64,000 bases of DNA from Calditrichia bacterium (GCA_963796965.1 CAWCNS010000005.1:256001-320000), one strand, 5' to 3'. Shown: positions 34,105 through 46,291, counted from the first letter of the stretch. Notes: generated from the sequence alone by a model not told the origin. Made by a program: numbers and translations.

Positions 34105-35203
34105 ATGAAAGAAGATAATAAAGACAGCAAAGCACCAAGAGCTGGACAAAGACCTGCCCCTGCAGGTGGAGGTGCAGCTGCCTTTCGCTTAACCGGCTTT
34201 CCTAAGGAATTTGAGCGCAATTTCCTGGAGGATATTGATAAGCGTTACTTACTTATCATGTTGGGATCCTGGATATTCGTTTATGGAATTGCGATCATCC
34301 TGGGAGCGATTGATTATGATCAAGATGCATTAGCGGCTAAAGTGAGGCAAAATTATCTGGATAAATTCTATCAGGCACAGATCGTTGAACCTATACGCTC
34401 AGGAAGAAGAAGATGCAGGTGAAGGATTTGGAGAAGAAGAAGAGGAAGTTGAAGAAGATGCCAGAGCTGAAAGAGATAAAGGCAGGACAGCCGAAACCCG
34501 TGGACCGTCTGCCAAAGAAATTGCCAATCAACGAAGGGCCGCCGCTGCTCAACGGAGCGCTTCACGGCGTGCTATGGAGCAGCAGATAGCGGGTACTGGC
34601 GTTCTTGGTTTGTTATCAGCTGCGGGCGGTGGCGGTAGCGGAGACGCTGTCGTTGATGTCCTTGGTGATGCCGGAGCAGGTACTGGCGATCTGGGAGAGG
34701 TGCTTTCCGGAGTTGGTGGTTTGGCCACTGCAACTTCATCAGGACAGAGATCTCGTCTTGGCAGCCGTGGTGGAGGCCGGGTAGATGGAAGCGCTGATGT
34801 TAATGAGCTGTTATCCGGAATAGGTACAGCGGGTTCAGCTAATATCGGCCGTCAGGGTTCTATTAAAATGGCTATGGATGCTGCCAGTGTAAGTGGAAAG
34901 GGCTCAAAGTCTGCTAATCGAAGTGGTGAAGAACTATCACGTGTGATTAACAGTCATAATGATGCTGTTGAATATTGCTACAAAAAAGAATCAAAATTGA
35001 ATCCAAATCTTAAGGGAGATATTCAGATTGAATTTACTGTCGGATTTAATGGTCGGGTAAAAGGTGTAAGGATTATCAGATCTTCTCTTAGAAATAAAAA
35101 AGTGGAAAGTTGTATTACGAGCCGTGTACGCGGATGGCGATTCAAACCAATCGATAAATCAGAAGGCGATGTTAAGATTCGTCAGAAATACATCTTTGGT
35201 TAA
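34105..35203 (+). CDS. TonB-like protein with AgmX/PglI (GltG-like) C-terminal domain; frameshift near 34390
   Basis: TM, acidic and Gly-rich linker (GVLGLL), then RS.EELSRVI...CY..ESK.NPNLKG.I...F...G.V...CI...WRF. Confidence 0.75.
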
Positions 35204-35223
35204 TTAACGTAAGTACCTTAAAT

Positions 35224-35249
35224 AAAGCCACTTAAAGGTGGCTTTTTTT
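35224..35249 (+). terminator. Rho-independent terminator
   Basis: aaagccact-taa-aggtggc followed by T-run. Confidence 0.75.
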
Positions 35250-35296
35250 ATATCTGAAAATGAAGAATCTTAATATAAATTTAGATGAGCTTGTGA

Positions 35297-37065
35297 ATGG
35301 AATATCGAACACATAGTTGCGGGGAATTAAAAGCAATCAATGAGAATGAAAATGTGCGGCTTTGCGGATGGGTTAAAAGCTGGCGTGATCATGGTGGTCT
35401 TCTATTCATTGATCTGCGCGATAGGTTTGGCGTAACACAGATTGTTTTTAATCCTGAAGAAGATGCAGATCTTCATCTTCAGGCCATGGCGCTTAGAACT
35501 GAATTTGTCATTGCCGTGGAAGGCAGTGTTCAGCTCCGCCCGGAGGGTATGAAGAACGTAGATATGGAAACAGGGGAATTAGAAGTTCATGCTAAGTCCC
35601 TGGAAGTGTTAAATGCTTCGAAAACCCCACCCTTTGAGATAAAAGATGAAATTGAAGTGAGTGAAGAACTAAAACTTAAATATCGATATTTGGATTTAAG
35701 ACGGACGGGGATTAAGGAAAATCTGATTCTAAGAAGCGATCTTTATAGAGTAGTGCGAAATTATTTTCATGAGAATAAATTCGTCGAGGTTGAAACACCC
35801 ATTCTTATGAAGAGCACGCCTGAAGGCGCCAGAGACTTTCTGGTTCCCAGCAGAAATTACAAAGGGCAGTTCTATGCATTACCACAATCACCACAAACTT
35901 ATAAACAATTATTAATGATCTCCGGATTTGATCGATATTTTCAAATTGTTAAATGTTTCAGGGATGAGGATCTTAGAAAAGACCGTCAACCCGAATTTAC
36001 CCAGATTGATGTGGAAATGTCATTTGTAAATGAAGATAATGTTATGGAAATGGCCGAAAATCTTATAAAAGTTATATATCGGGAAATTAAAGGTCGAAAA
36101 TCTGGATTTTATTTTCCCACGTATTCCATATGATACCGCATTAGATGAATATGGAAGCGACAAGCCAGATCTACGCTTTGGGTTAAAAATCAAACATTTT
36201 ACAGAAATTTTCAGAGGCACTGCCTTTAATGCATTTGCATCGGTGTTGTATGATAAGGGTTCATTGCCGGGCTGGTGACTAATTCTGCAGATAAGTTCTC
36301 AAGGAAACAGATTGACAAACTCATAGATTATGCCAAAAAACAGGGAGCTAAGGGATTAGTCTGGTTTAAATTCCTGAATAACGCGCTGGAAGGACCCATC
36401 GTAAAATTTTTATCTGAGGATGAAATCAACAATATTGTAGAAAGGGCAAGTCTTACAGAAAATGATATCCTTTTTATGGCTGCCGGTGAAACGGAACCTA
36501 CACTAACCGTTCTGGGGCATTGCGTTTATATCTGGGAGAATTTTTAAATCTTATTGATTACACCAAGGACAATTTTCTCTGGGTCACAGATTTCCCAATG
36601 CTTGAATTTAATGAGGATGAAAACCGTTTTGTCGCCAGACATCATCCATTTACCAGTCCAAAAAGTGAAGATATAGTGAATCTTCAGGAGAATCCTAAAT
36701 CTGTTAAGGCACGTGCTTATGATCTCGTTATAAATGGGAATGAAATAGCTGGGGGAAGTATTCGTATTCATGATTCAAAAATTCAGAGAGATGTTTTTAA
36801 TATGCTGGGAATAAGTGAGGAAGATGCTGAAAATAAATTTGGTTTTTTAATTACTGCCTTGGATTATGGAGCCCCTCCCCATGGAGGTATTGCTTTTGGA
36901 TTTGACCGGCTGGCAATGATACTTGCCGGAGCTACATCCATACGTGATGTGATTGCGTTTCCGAAAACAACCTCTGCGCTTTCACCGTTGGATGGTTCAC
37001 CATCTGAAATCTCAGCTGAACAGCTCGCAGAACTCGGCCTATCTATTACAAAACCTAAAAATTAA
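35297..37065 (+). CDS. aspS: Aspartate--tRNA ligase, split by several frameshifts (likely sequencing errors)
   Basis: RTHSCGEL, RDHGGL.FIDLRD, PEGARDF, CFRDEDLR.DRQPEFTQ, PPHGGIAFGFDR. Confidence 0.93.
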
Positions 37066-37427
37066 GATGTAAATATTTTGCACAGGAATGAAAAAATATT
37101 CATCTTTCCCTTACATGTGACGATTATAGATTTAAAAGAGAGTAAAAAAATCTTTCTCTTAAAAGGGGTTATAGGCAGTTATTTCCGCTTAAATTATTAA
37201 AGAGTCTACTAAAAATTAAATTTTACAATAATTATTGATTTATAGGCATAATTATTGCATACATAGGCTTGGATAGATGCTAAATAAATAAGGTATAAAT
37301 GTAAATAAAACTTGTTTTTATGGTAAAAATGTCATATTATTTCTCTTGACAAATAATTGGTTATTTATTATTTTTTATTAAACTATCTCATAAATAAACT
37401 TACATAATATTTTAGGAGGCTTGGAGT

Positions 37428-37709
37428 ATGAAACTCTTACTACAATCGTTGAGAATACTGCTGACGGTAGCTTTATTTGCTGGTTTTCTTGCCAGTTGCG
37501 CCAGTCATCCCGACGAGGACCAAATTAAGGCTCTCGAAGAGACGAAAGCAGCGGCTTTATCGGCTGAACAAACTTTAGCCCAGAAGAAACAGGAAAGTAG
37601 CGATCTGGAAGCAAAGTTAGCAGCAAAAAAATCTGAATTAGAAAAAGTAAAAAAAGAACAACAATTGGTCCTACAAAGACTTGCTGAGAAACAAGCAGCG
37701 GCCAAGTAA
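37428..37709 (+). CDS. Small coiled-coil lipoprotein
   Basis: RBS aggagg; lipobox LASC; heptad-rich; C-terminal Lys. Confidence 0.75.
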   Translation: MKLLLQSLRILLTVALFAGFLASCASHPDEDQIKALEETKAAALSAEQTLAQKKQESSDLEAKLAAKKSELEKVKKEQQLVLQRLAEKQAAAK

Positions 37710-37760
37710 TAACTGAAAAACTAACAATTTGACCGATCTCTATATCAGGAGGCAAAAAAT

Positions 37761-38606
37761 ATGAAAATCGCGAAATTACTACTTTCCTTCATGTTAGTAC
37801 TGGCCGTAAGCTCTGCACTTATGGCACAGTCATATAATTATGAAGAAATGGAAATGGATGAATACAATGCACTTCTTCAGGAATGGCAGGGTCGCTTAGA
37901 TGCTGCTCAAAAAGGTATTGCTGAAGAAGATGCAAAAATTGCAGCATTACAAGGCGACTTGGATGAAACCCAGGGCCAGGTAGATGCAACTTGGGATGAG
38001 ATATATGCGGCACTCGGTTCTTCACGTGCAGAAGACGAACAATTTAAAAGAGATATTCAGGCCTTGCGCTCTGATGTTAGCTCTCTGCTAAGTATGAGCC
38101 CCGATGAAATTTACAGGCGTAAAGATGAGTTACAGGCGTATAAAGATCGTCTTGCTCAGATGAGAGAAAATAATCTTGCATTACTTTCTGATAATATGGC
38201 TGCACTAGATAATATTGATAGCATGATTATGCAGGCTGAAGAAAAAGGAAAACCAGCACAACCTGATACTTATTCAGTTGTACGTGGTGACTATTTGTGG
38301 AAGATCGCCAGTAAAGGTGATATCTACGGTGATCCATATGCCTGGAGTAGAATCTATACAACAAACAGAGATCAAATTAAAGATCCTAACCTGATCTTTC
38401 CAGCTCAGATATTCCAAATTCCAAGAGATGTTGGGCCAAACGAACACCTCGTTATAAAAGGAGAATTTCTTTCGAAGATCTCTGGCTATGCTAATGTGTA
38501 TGGCAGTCCTTTTAAATGGCAGAAATTGTATGAAGCAAATAAAGATGTTGTAACAGATCCTAATGTTGTTTATCCTTATCAGGTTTTACAGGTTCCACGC
38601 AACTAA
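37761..38606 (+). CDS. Secreted coiled-coil protein with two LysM domains
   Basis: YSVVRGDYLWKIA...IYGD..W..IY..N...I.DPNLIFP; second repeat HLVIKGEFLSKIS...DPNVVYP. Confidence 0.85.
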   Translation: MKIAKLLLSFMLVLAVSSALMAQSYNYEEMEMDEYNALLQEWQGRLDAAQKGIAEEDAKIAALQGDLDETQGQVDATWDEIYAALGSSRAEDEQFKRDIQALRSDVSSLLSMSPDEIYRRKDELQAYKDRLAQMRENNLALLSDNMAALDNIDSMIMQAEEKGKPAQPDTYSVVRGDYLWKIASKGDIYGDPYAWSRIYTTNRDQIKDPNLIFPAQIFQIPRDVGPNEHLVIKGEFLSKISGYANVYGSPFKWQKLYEANKDVVTDPNVVYPYQVLQVPRN

Positions 38607-38650
38607 TCTTTTATATGCTATAGTTTTCTTTCTATAAGTTCTATAAATTA

Positions 38651-38685
38651 AAAAGCTCTTAATCGTTTCGGTTAAGGGCTTTTTT
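38651..38685 (+). terminator. Rho-independent terminator
   Basis: aaaagctcttaatcg-ttt-cggttaagggctttttt. Confidence 0.7.
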
Positions 38686-38742
38686 ATTTTATACACTATA
38701 ATAATTAATTTATGATGTTTTCTTTTAAAATGGAGATATGTT

Positions 38743-39714
38743 TTGTCCGATGATATGGAGCGGGAGTTTGAGATTAAAGATACTGATATTCAGGTCTTCT
38801 TTGGTGCGAATGATCGTAATTTAAATATTATTGAAAAAAACTTTTCCGTCACTATGGTTGGGAGGGGAGATAAGATTAAAATCAGTGGTTCTGCATTTGA
38901 AGTGGAGCAGGTTGTGGAACTCCTGAGTGAAATGGTCTTTCATATAAACAAAAACAAAAAATTACCCCGGACGGATCTGATAACCCTTATTCAACTAATT
39001 AAAGGTGAAGCTAAAGATAAAACAAAGTCTGAACCGGCCGAGGAAGAGTTGAAATCGGTTGTTCTCTTTACAGATTCAGGATATGTTAAGGCCAGCACTC
39101 CAGGGCAGGAAAAATATAAAGATGCTGTTAAGGATAATGATATTGTCTTTTGCATCGGGCCGGCCGGCACAGGTAAAACTTATTTGGCCGTAGCTATGGC
39201 TATCGCCTATTATCAGAAAAAATTAGTAAAAAAAATCATTTTAGCACGACCTGCTGTTGAGGCTGGAGAAAGTTTGGGCTTCCTGCCGGGAGACTTTAGA
39301 GAGAAAATAGATCCCTATTTACGCCCGCTGTATGACGCGTTGAGCGAAATGTTACCCCGCGATCTGCAGAAAAGATTGATTGAGCAAAATATTATTGAAG
39401 TCATCCCCATGGCCTTTATGCGTGGAAGAACTTTGAATAATGCTTTTGTGATTCTGGATGAGGCTCAAAATTGTACTTTCTTGCAAATGAAAATGTTTTT
39501 AACCCGTCTTGGATTTAACTCGAAATCAATAATTAATGGTGATATTACTCAAATTGATCTTCCTGATAAAAGTAATTCCGGATTGGCCAGCATAAAGGAT
39601 ATCTTAAATGGCATTGATGGTATTAAATTTATCAATCTCGGCGTGGAAGATGTGGTCCGCCATCATTTAGTAAAGAAAATAATTGATGCCTATGCACAGA
39701 ATAAAGATAACTGA
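38743..39714 (+). CDS. phoH: PhoH-family ATPase
   Basis: GPAGTGKTYLA, RPAVEAGE.LGFLPG, MRGRT, DEAQN. Confidence 0.93.
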   Translation: MSDDMEREFEIKDTDIQVFFGANDRNLNIIEKNFSVTMVGRGDKIKISGSAFEVEQVVELLSEMVFHINKNKKLPRTDLITLIQLIKGEAKDKTKSEPAEEELKSVVLFTDSGYVKASTPGQEKYKDAVKDNDIVFCIGPAGTGKTYLAVAMAIAYYQKKLVKKIILARPAVEAGESLGFLPGDFREKIDPYLRPLYDALSEMLPRDLQKRLIEQNIIEVIPMAFMRGRTLNNAFVILDEAQNCTFLQMKMFLTRLGFNSKSIINGDITQIDLPDKSNSGLASIKDILNGIDGIKFINLGVEDVVRHHLVKKIIDAYAQNKDN

Positions 39715-39825
39715 AGATAGTATGTGTAGGAAATTAATTATATCATTACACCGAATAGTAATGCTTGAAATAAAAATTAAAAATCTATACATTATTAAGA
39801 TATTTCATCCAATGAGGATCCAATA

Positions 39826-41010
39826 ATGAATTCATTGCGAGAAGTCGTAATTGCCGCCGCCGTTCGCACTCCAATTGGTTCATTTCTAGGTAGCCTGAGT
39901 AGTGTTTCTGCTACGCAATTAGGGGGTATTGTTATCGAAGAACTCCTTAAACGAGCCAATATGGATAAAAATTTAGTGGACGAAGTTATAATGGGAAATG
40001 TGCTTTCTGCAGGCGAGGGGCAGGCCCCGGCTCGTCAAGCTGCTCTGGCAGCTGGTCTTCCCGTTTCTACTGAATGCATGACTATCAATAAGGTCTGTGG
40101 CTCTGGACTAAAGTCAGTAATGCTTGCCAGTCAGGCAATTATGGTTGGAGATGCAGATGTTATTGTGGCAGGTGGAATGGAAAGTATGAGCAATGTTCCT
40201 TACTATTTGTTTAAAGCCCGGGGTGGTCTGAAAATGGGGCATGAGAAACTTATTGATGGGATGATATTTGATGGTTTATGGGATGTCTATAATAATTATC
40301 ACATGGGAAATGCTGCAGAATTATGCGCAAAAGAATGTAATATTTCCCGGGAAGATCAGGATAGGTTTAGTATTCAAAGCTACCAAAAAGCTATAGCCGC
40401 CCAGAAGGATGGTAAATTTATAGATGAGATTGTTCCTGTTACTATCCCGCAAAGAAAAGGGGATTCCCTGGTAGTTGATTCCGATGAGGAGCCATTGAAA
40501 GTTCGATTTGACAAAATTTCCGGACTCAGACCTGTTTTTAACAAAGAGGGCAGTGTTACGGCGGCAAATGCATCGTCAATTAATGATGGGGCAGCTGCGT
40601 TGCTGGTTATGTCATTGGATAAGGCCAGCGAATTGGGTGTTAAACCTCTCGCAAAAATTATATCGCAAGCATCGGCTGCAAAAAAACCTGAATGGTTTAC
40701 CACTGCACCAGCCGATGCAATAAATAAATGTTTGCAAAAATATGATCTTAAAATTGATGATATTGATTTGTTTGAAATAAATGAAGCTTTTGCAGTCGTC
40801 TCATTAGCAGTTAATGACATTCTTGGATTGAGTGAAGATAATGTCAATGTAAACGGTGGGGCAGTTTCTCTTGGACATCCGATAGGAGCCAGCGGAGCCC
40901 GCATCCTGGTAACTTTACTGCATGAGATGAAACGAAGATCTGCCAAAAGAGGATTGGCCAGTCTCTGCATCGGTGGTGGTGAAGCTTCAGCTTTAATTGT
41001 AGAAATGTAA
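39826..41010 (+). CDS. Acetyl-CoA acetyltransferase (thiolase)
   Basis: NKVCGSG, NEAFA, GHPIGASG, CIGGG. Confidence 0.95.
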   Translation: MNSLREVVIAAAVRTPIGSFLGSLSSVSATQLGGIVIEELLKRANMDKNLVDEVIMGNVLSAGEGQAPARQAALAAGLPVSTECMTINKVCGSGLKSVMLASQAIMVGDADVIVAGGMESMSNVPYYLFKARGGLKMGHEKLIDGMIFDGLWDVYNNYHMGNAAELCAKECNISREDQDRFSIQSYQKAIAAQKDGKFIDEIVPVTIPQRKGDSLVVDSDEEPLKVRFDKISGLRPVFNKEGSVTAANASSINDGAAALLVMSLDKASELGVKPLAKIISQASAAKKPEWFTTAPADAINKCLQKYDLKIDDIDLFEINEAFAVVSLAVNDILGLSEDNVNVNGGAVSLGHPIGASGARILVTLLHEMKRRSAKRGLASLCIGGGEASALIVEM

Positions 41011-41029
41011 GTAGTGGAGGATATTTCCC

Positions 41030-41878
41030 ATGATTAAGAGTCATGTATCAGTAGTGGGAAGCGGAACTATGGGCAATGGTATTGCTCATGTTTTTGCTTT
41101 AAAGGGATATCAGGTCCATCTTATAGATCTGAACCAGGGAGTGCTAGATAAAGCTGAGGCAAATATTAAAAAGAATTTAGAGCGGCAGTTAAAAAAAGAG
41201 ACAATTACAGAAAATGAGATGAAAGCAGCTTTGTCAAATATCACATTTATCTCTGATCTGAAAATTGTATCTGGAAGCGACCTCGTCATAGAAGCAATAA
41301 CTGAAGATGAGAAAATAAAAAAAGATGTTTTTAAACACCTCGATTCCCTCTGCCATCCTGAGTGTATTGTTGCTTCGAATACTTCCTCTATTTCAATTAC
41401 TGAATTAGCTGCTGTTACAAATAGAGCGGATAAGATAATTGGTATGCATTTTATGAATCCTGTTCCGGTTATGAAGTTGGTTGAAATTATACGGGGATTG
41501 GCAACGTCCGATGAAACTTTTAATGCAATTAAAGAGATTACCGATCGTTTAGAAAAAGTGCCTGTAGCGGTAAATGATTATCCGGGATTTATCTCAAATC
41601 GTATATTAATGCCTATGATAAATGAAGCAATTTATTGTTTAATGGAAGGTGTTGCCAGTCGAGAGGATATTGATACGGTTATGAAATTAGGAATGGCCCA
41701 TCCAATGGGGCCTTTGACCCTGGCTGATTTTATTGGTCTCGATGTATGTTTATCAATTCTGGATGTACTCTTTAAAGGTTTTGGTGATCCAAAGTATCGC
41801 CCTTGTCCTTTGCTGAAAAAAATGGTAGCCGCTGGATACACAGGTCGTAAATCAGGAAAAGGATTTTATACTTATTAA
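41030..41878 (+). CDS. hbd: 3-hydroxybutyryl-CoA dehydrogenase
   Basis: [26 protein letters not shown]. Confidence 0.92.
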   Translation: MIKSHVSVVGSGTMGNGIAHVFALKGYQVHLIDLNQGVLDKAEANIKKNLERQLKKETITENEMKAALSNITFISDLKIVSGSDLVIEAITEDEKIKKDVFKHLDSLCHPECIVASNTSSISITELAAVTNRADKIIGMHFMNPVPVMKLVEIIRGLATSDETFNAIKEITDRLEKVPVAVNDYPGFISNRILMPMINEAIYCLMEGVASREDIDTVMKLGMAHPMGPLTLADFIGLDVCLSILDVLFKGFGDPKYRPCPLLKKMVAAGYTGRKSGKGFYTY

Positions 41879-41882
41879 TGCC

Positions 41883-42308
41883 ATGAGCCAAGTTGCAATT
41901 AAAAGATCAGACGAGAGAGAATTCGCTTTTAAAATGTTTTATGCAGCAGAATATAACTCTGAACCCTGGTCTAACCAGATTGCTCATCTTGATGAGCAGG
42001 AAAAGCGGCTGGCAACCTCGTATGTGGAAAAACTAGCAACGGTATATTCTGAATATAAAAATGATTTTGACCAACTTATCATAAAACATCTGAAAAATTG
42101 GGAATTGCAACGAATTGCGGTAATTGATAAAGTGATCTTAAGGCTGGCTTTGGCAGAAATATTATACTTCGAGGAGATTCCTCCTGAAGTATCAATTAAT
42201 GAAGCAATTGAGTTGGCAAAAAAGTATAGTACAGGAAAAAGCGGAAAATTTATAAATGGGATTTTGGATACTATTTATCGTAAACAAAAAAAAACATTGA
42301 AATCTTAA
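41883..42308 (+). CDS. nusB: Transcription antitermination factor NusB
   Basis: W.L.R...[25 protein letters not shown]. Confidence 0.93.
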   Translation: MSQVAIKRSDEREFAFKMFYAAEYNSEPWSNQIAHLDEQEKRLATSYVEKLATVYSEYKNDFDQLIIKHLKNWELQRIAVIDKVILRLALAEILYFEEIPPEVSINEAIELAKKYSTGKSGKFINGILDTIYRKQKKTLKS

Positions 42309-42387
42309 TCAAAAATTGGAATAACCAGAGTGAAAATACAGTATATAAGAACAAGAAAATAATTCTTGGTGCTAAGAAAGAAAAAAA

Positions 42388-43104
42388 ATGACAATTGCAA
42401 TTATATCGGATGTACATGGAAACCTGGAAGCATTAAATGAGGTTTTTAAGTATGTTGATAATAAGAATATTGAGGCGGTTTATTGTCTGGGTGATATTGT
42501 TGGATATGGGCCTAATCCAAATGAATGTGTTGAATTAGTTTCTCAGCGTTGCATAAAGGTTGTAATTGGTAATCATGACCACGCAGCATTAGGCTTAACC
42601 AGTACAGAGTATTTCAATGATTTTGCAAAAATTTCCACCCATTGGACAACAAATAATTTATCCGAAGAGAATAAGAATTACCTGCATTCACTTGAATTTA
42701 CATATTCTTCGGATCAATTCCTTGCCGTTCATTCAACTCCTTCAGCTCCAACGCTTTGGCATTATATTTTGTCTGAAATGGATGCCCAACACGAATTTAA
42801 ATATTTTGATGAACGAATATGTTTTATCGGCCATTCACATTTTCCGATAATTTTCAATGATCGTGCCGGTTTTACCCGCGCCCCCAAAGTTAAATTAGAA
42901 TCCGGAGATAAATTTATTGTCAATGTGGGTAGTGTGGGACAACCAAGAGATGGAAACCCAAAGACATGTTTTTGCGTTTATGATGAAAAAGAAAGTTCAA
43001 TAGAATTTGTCCGTCTTGATTATGAAATAGATAAAACCCGGGAAAAGATAATTAAGGCGGGTTTACCCGTTTTTCTGGCGGATCGCCTGAAAAAGGGATA
43101 TTAA
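42388..43104 (+). CDS. Calcineurin-like metallophosphoesterase
   Basis: SDVHGN, GDIVGYG, GNHD, GHSH, NVGSVGQPRDG. Confidence 0.9.
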   Translation: MTIAIISDVHGNLEALNEVFKYVDNKNIEAVYCLGDIVGYGPNPNECVELVSQRCIKVVIGNHDHAALGLTSTEYFNDFAKISTHWTTNNLSEENKNYLHSLEFTYSSDQFLAVHSTPSAPTLWHYILSEMDAQHEFKYFDERICFIGHSHFPIIFNDRAGFTRAPKVKLESGDKFIVNVGSVGQPRDGNPKTCFCVYDEKESSIEFVRLDYEIDKTREKIIKAGLPVFLADRLKKGY

Positions 43105-43117
43105 TAAGGATTTTTGA

Positions 43118-46100
43118 ATGGTAACCACATTTGTAACAAAAATATTTGGTAGCAAACATGATCGGGATGTAAAGAAAGTTCTCCCGATTTTAGATGAGAT
43201 TGATGCCTTTGAAGAGGAGATAAAAGCGCTTGATGAAGAGGCATTAAAATCAAAGACTGCGGAATTCCGGGAGAGACTGGAAAAAGGTGAAACCACTGAT
43301 GACCTCTTGCCTGAAGCCTTTGCTGTAGTAAAAGAAGCTTGCCGCCGGCATGTTGGTAAGAGCTGGAATGTTGTGGGGAATGACCTGCTATGGGAAATGG
43401 TACCCTATGATGTTCAGTTAATCGGAGGTATTGTACTTCATCAGAGTAAGATTGCTGAAATGGCTACTGGTGAAGGGAAAACGTTGGTGGCTGTATTGCC
43501 GGTTTATCTAAATGCCCTCGCAGGCAAAGGTGTTCATCTCGTGACCGTCAATGATTATCTGGCCAAGCGAGATGCGGAATGGATGGGACAAATTTATAAC
43601 TATCTGGGATTAACCTATGGTGTAATTCTTAATGAAATGACACCGGAGCAGAGACGCGAAGCCTATAATTGTGACATAACTTATGGGACAAATAATGAGT
43701 TCGGTTTTGATTATCTTCGAGATAATATGGCAGGATCAGTGGATGATATTGTACAAACCAGAGGTCACAATTATGCAATCATTGATGAGGTGGACAATAT
43801 TCTTGTCGATGAGGCCCGAACACCGCTGATTATATCTGGTCCTGTTAGTGTTTCCACTCATAAGTATGGCGAACTCCAGCCGTTGGTTGAGCGATTGGTG
43901 GCTAAACAGAACAAGCTTGTCACCAGTATTATTGCAGAGGGTGAAGAATTACTTAAAAGTGATAAAGATATGGAGGCAGGAGAGAAGTTTCTGATTGCCG
44001 AGAAAGGTGGACCAAAACACCGCCGCCTGCAAAAACTCTATCAGGATCCAGCAAACAAAAAGCTGGTTCGGGAAGTTGAGAATGCGTATTTAAGGGATAA
44101 AGGTCAGAGTAAGGCTTCCGAGGAATCGTATTTTGGTGAATTATATTTCACCATCGACGAAAAGAATCATGTTATCGATCTAACTGAAACCGGAAGAACG
44201 GAATTGGCACCAAATGAGCCCGAGTTATTTCTTATCCCTGATATGGGTGAAGGGGTTGCAAAGATTGAAAATGATCCTGAATTAACAGAAGAAGAAAAGA
44301 TTGAGAAAAAAGCAGAATTACATGAAGTGTTCGGGCAGAGAAGCGAAAGATTGCAGAATATATCTCAATTATTACGTGCCTATGCCCTCTATGAAAAAGA
44401 TGTTGAATATGTTGTTACCGAAGGTAAGGTTTTAATCGTTGATGAATTTACTGGTCGTGTGATGCATGGCAGAAGATATAGCGATGGATTACACCAGGCA
44501 ATTGAAGCCAAAGAAAACGTAAAAATTGAGAGAGAAACTCAGACCTTAGCAACTATAACCCTCCAGAATTATTTCCGCATGTATGATAAACTAGCCGGTA
44601 TGACCGGTACAGCTGAAACTGAAGCAGGCGAATTTTGGGAGATATATAAACTCGATGTTGTTGTTATCCCGACAAATGAAGCAATCCGACGTATGGATTA
44701 TAATGATCTGATCTATCGTACCAAGAGGGAAAAGTATAATGCTGTTATAGATGAGATTGAAAGAATGAACAAAATGGCACGCCCGGTCCTCGTTGGTACA
44801 ATTACGGTTGAAGTCTCGGAAACGTTAAGTCGAATGCTCAAAAGACGTGGGATCAAACACAACGTGTTGAATGCCAAATATCATCAGCAGGAAGCGGAGA
44901 TTGTTAAAAATGCTGGTCAACCAGGTGCTGTTACAATTGCCACCAATATGGCCGGACGTGGAACGGATATTAAGTTAGCGAAACAAATTGTAAAATGTCA
45001 GGAAGGGTGTTACCTGAAAAGATCTGATGTGGATCCTCCTGCAGATATAAATGTTAAACAATGTGAAGCCAGTGTACCCTGTGGACTTCATATCATCGGC
45101 ACAGAGCGACATGAAGCACGTCGTATAGATCGGCAGTTACGTGGTCGTGCAGGGCGACAGGGAGACCCTGGATCGTCCCGGTTCTTTCTCTGTCTTGAAG
45201 ATGACCTGATGCGTCTTTTCGGTTCGGAGAGAATTGCCACAGTCATGAATCGGCTTGGTGCTGAAGAGGGTGAAGTAATTGTGCATCCCCTCATCACAAA
45301 ATCTATCGAAAAAGCCCAGAAGCGGGTTGAAACACAGAATTTTGCCATACGTAAGCGTCTGCTTGAATATGATAACGTTATGAATCAGCAGAGGGAGGTT
45401 ATTTATCAGCGCCGGTCAATTGCTCTAAAGGGAGAAGAACCCAAGCAAGAGGTTCTGGATATTCTGGACGATTTTATCGACAATCAAATTGATCAGTTTG
45501 TACAGCCCAAAGCCCATCCGGAAGACTGGGAGATTGATGCTTTATTAGAATCAATCGGAGTCTGTTTTACCGCTTGATGTAAACAGAATCAAAGAAAATT
45601 TATATTCTCTGTCAAGAGAAGATCTTGCAGATATGATACAATCCATGGCGATGGAGATATATGATCTTAAAGAACATCGTGTTGGCGATGAACGTATGCG
45701 TATCTTTGAACGTTTTTTAATATTGAGAATTATTGATGATGAGTGGAGAGATCATCTTTATGAGATGGATATGCTTAAGGAAGGTATACATCTCAGGGCT
45801 TATGGTCAAAAAGATCCATTGATGGAATATAAGCGCGAATCATATTTAATGTTTGAAAGTCTGATTGGTCGGATTGATGAAAAGACATTGAATATTCTTT
45901 GGAAATTCCAGGTCCAGGATGATCCCGACACCCAGAGACGAAGAATACCCACCCAGAGAATGCGTACCGTTCATGAAAATGCCGTGAATTTAGGATATGC
46001 ATCTGCAGAGGAATCTGATATTCAACGGGCATCAAGGGAACGATCAGAAAAGCAACAGCCAATACGCTCTTCAGAGGAGAAGGTTGGTAGAAATGATCCT

Positions 46101-46151
46101 TGTACGTGTGGTAGTGGTAAAAAATATAAAAAGTGTTGTGGTGCGGTTTAG
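43118..46151 (+). CDS. secA: Preprotein translocase SecA; frameshift near 45570
   Basis: [36 protein letters not shown]-terminal [17 protein letters not shown]. Confidence 0.96.
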
Positions 46152-46263
46152 AAACCAATAATTAGAAAGCGGAATGCTGAAAGCAGTAATGATTACCATG
46201 GTTTTCTGCCTTCTGCTCTTTGCATCTTGATAGGGATCAGGATACTTGCAAGATTATTTTTTC

Positions 46264-46291
46264 GTAACGGCGCGATTAATCGCGCCGTTAC
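46264..46291. repeat. Perfect 28-bp palindrome (REP-like) between convergent secA and add
   Basis: gtaacggcgcgattaatcgcgccgttac. Confidence 0.7.

Noticed and set aside
32294..35203. Canonical Tol-Pal or TonB uptake operon
   Set aside because: No tolB, pal or receptor in the operon; two ExbD paralogues plus TPR partners fit the Agl-Glt-like core better
40380..40970. 196-aa antisense ORF (and other antisense ORFs in the track)
   Set aside because: Shadow frames of well-supported genes on the opposite strand
35297..46151. aspS and secA as pseudogenes or programmed frameshifts
   Set aside because: Essential genes with otherwise intact motifs; the pattern matches sequencing indels
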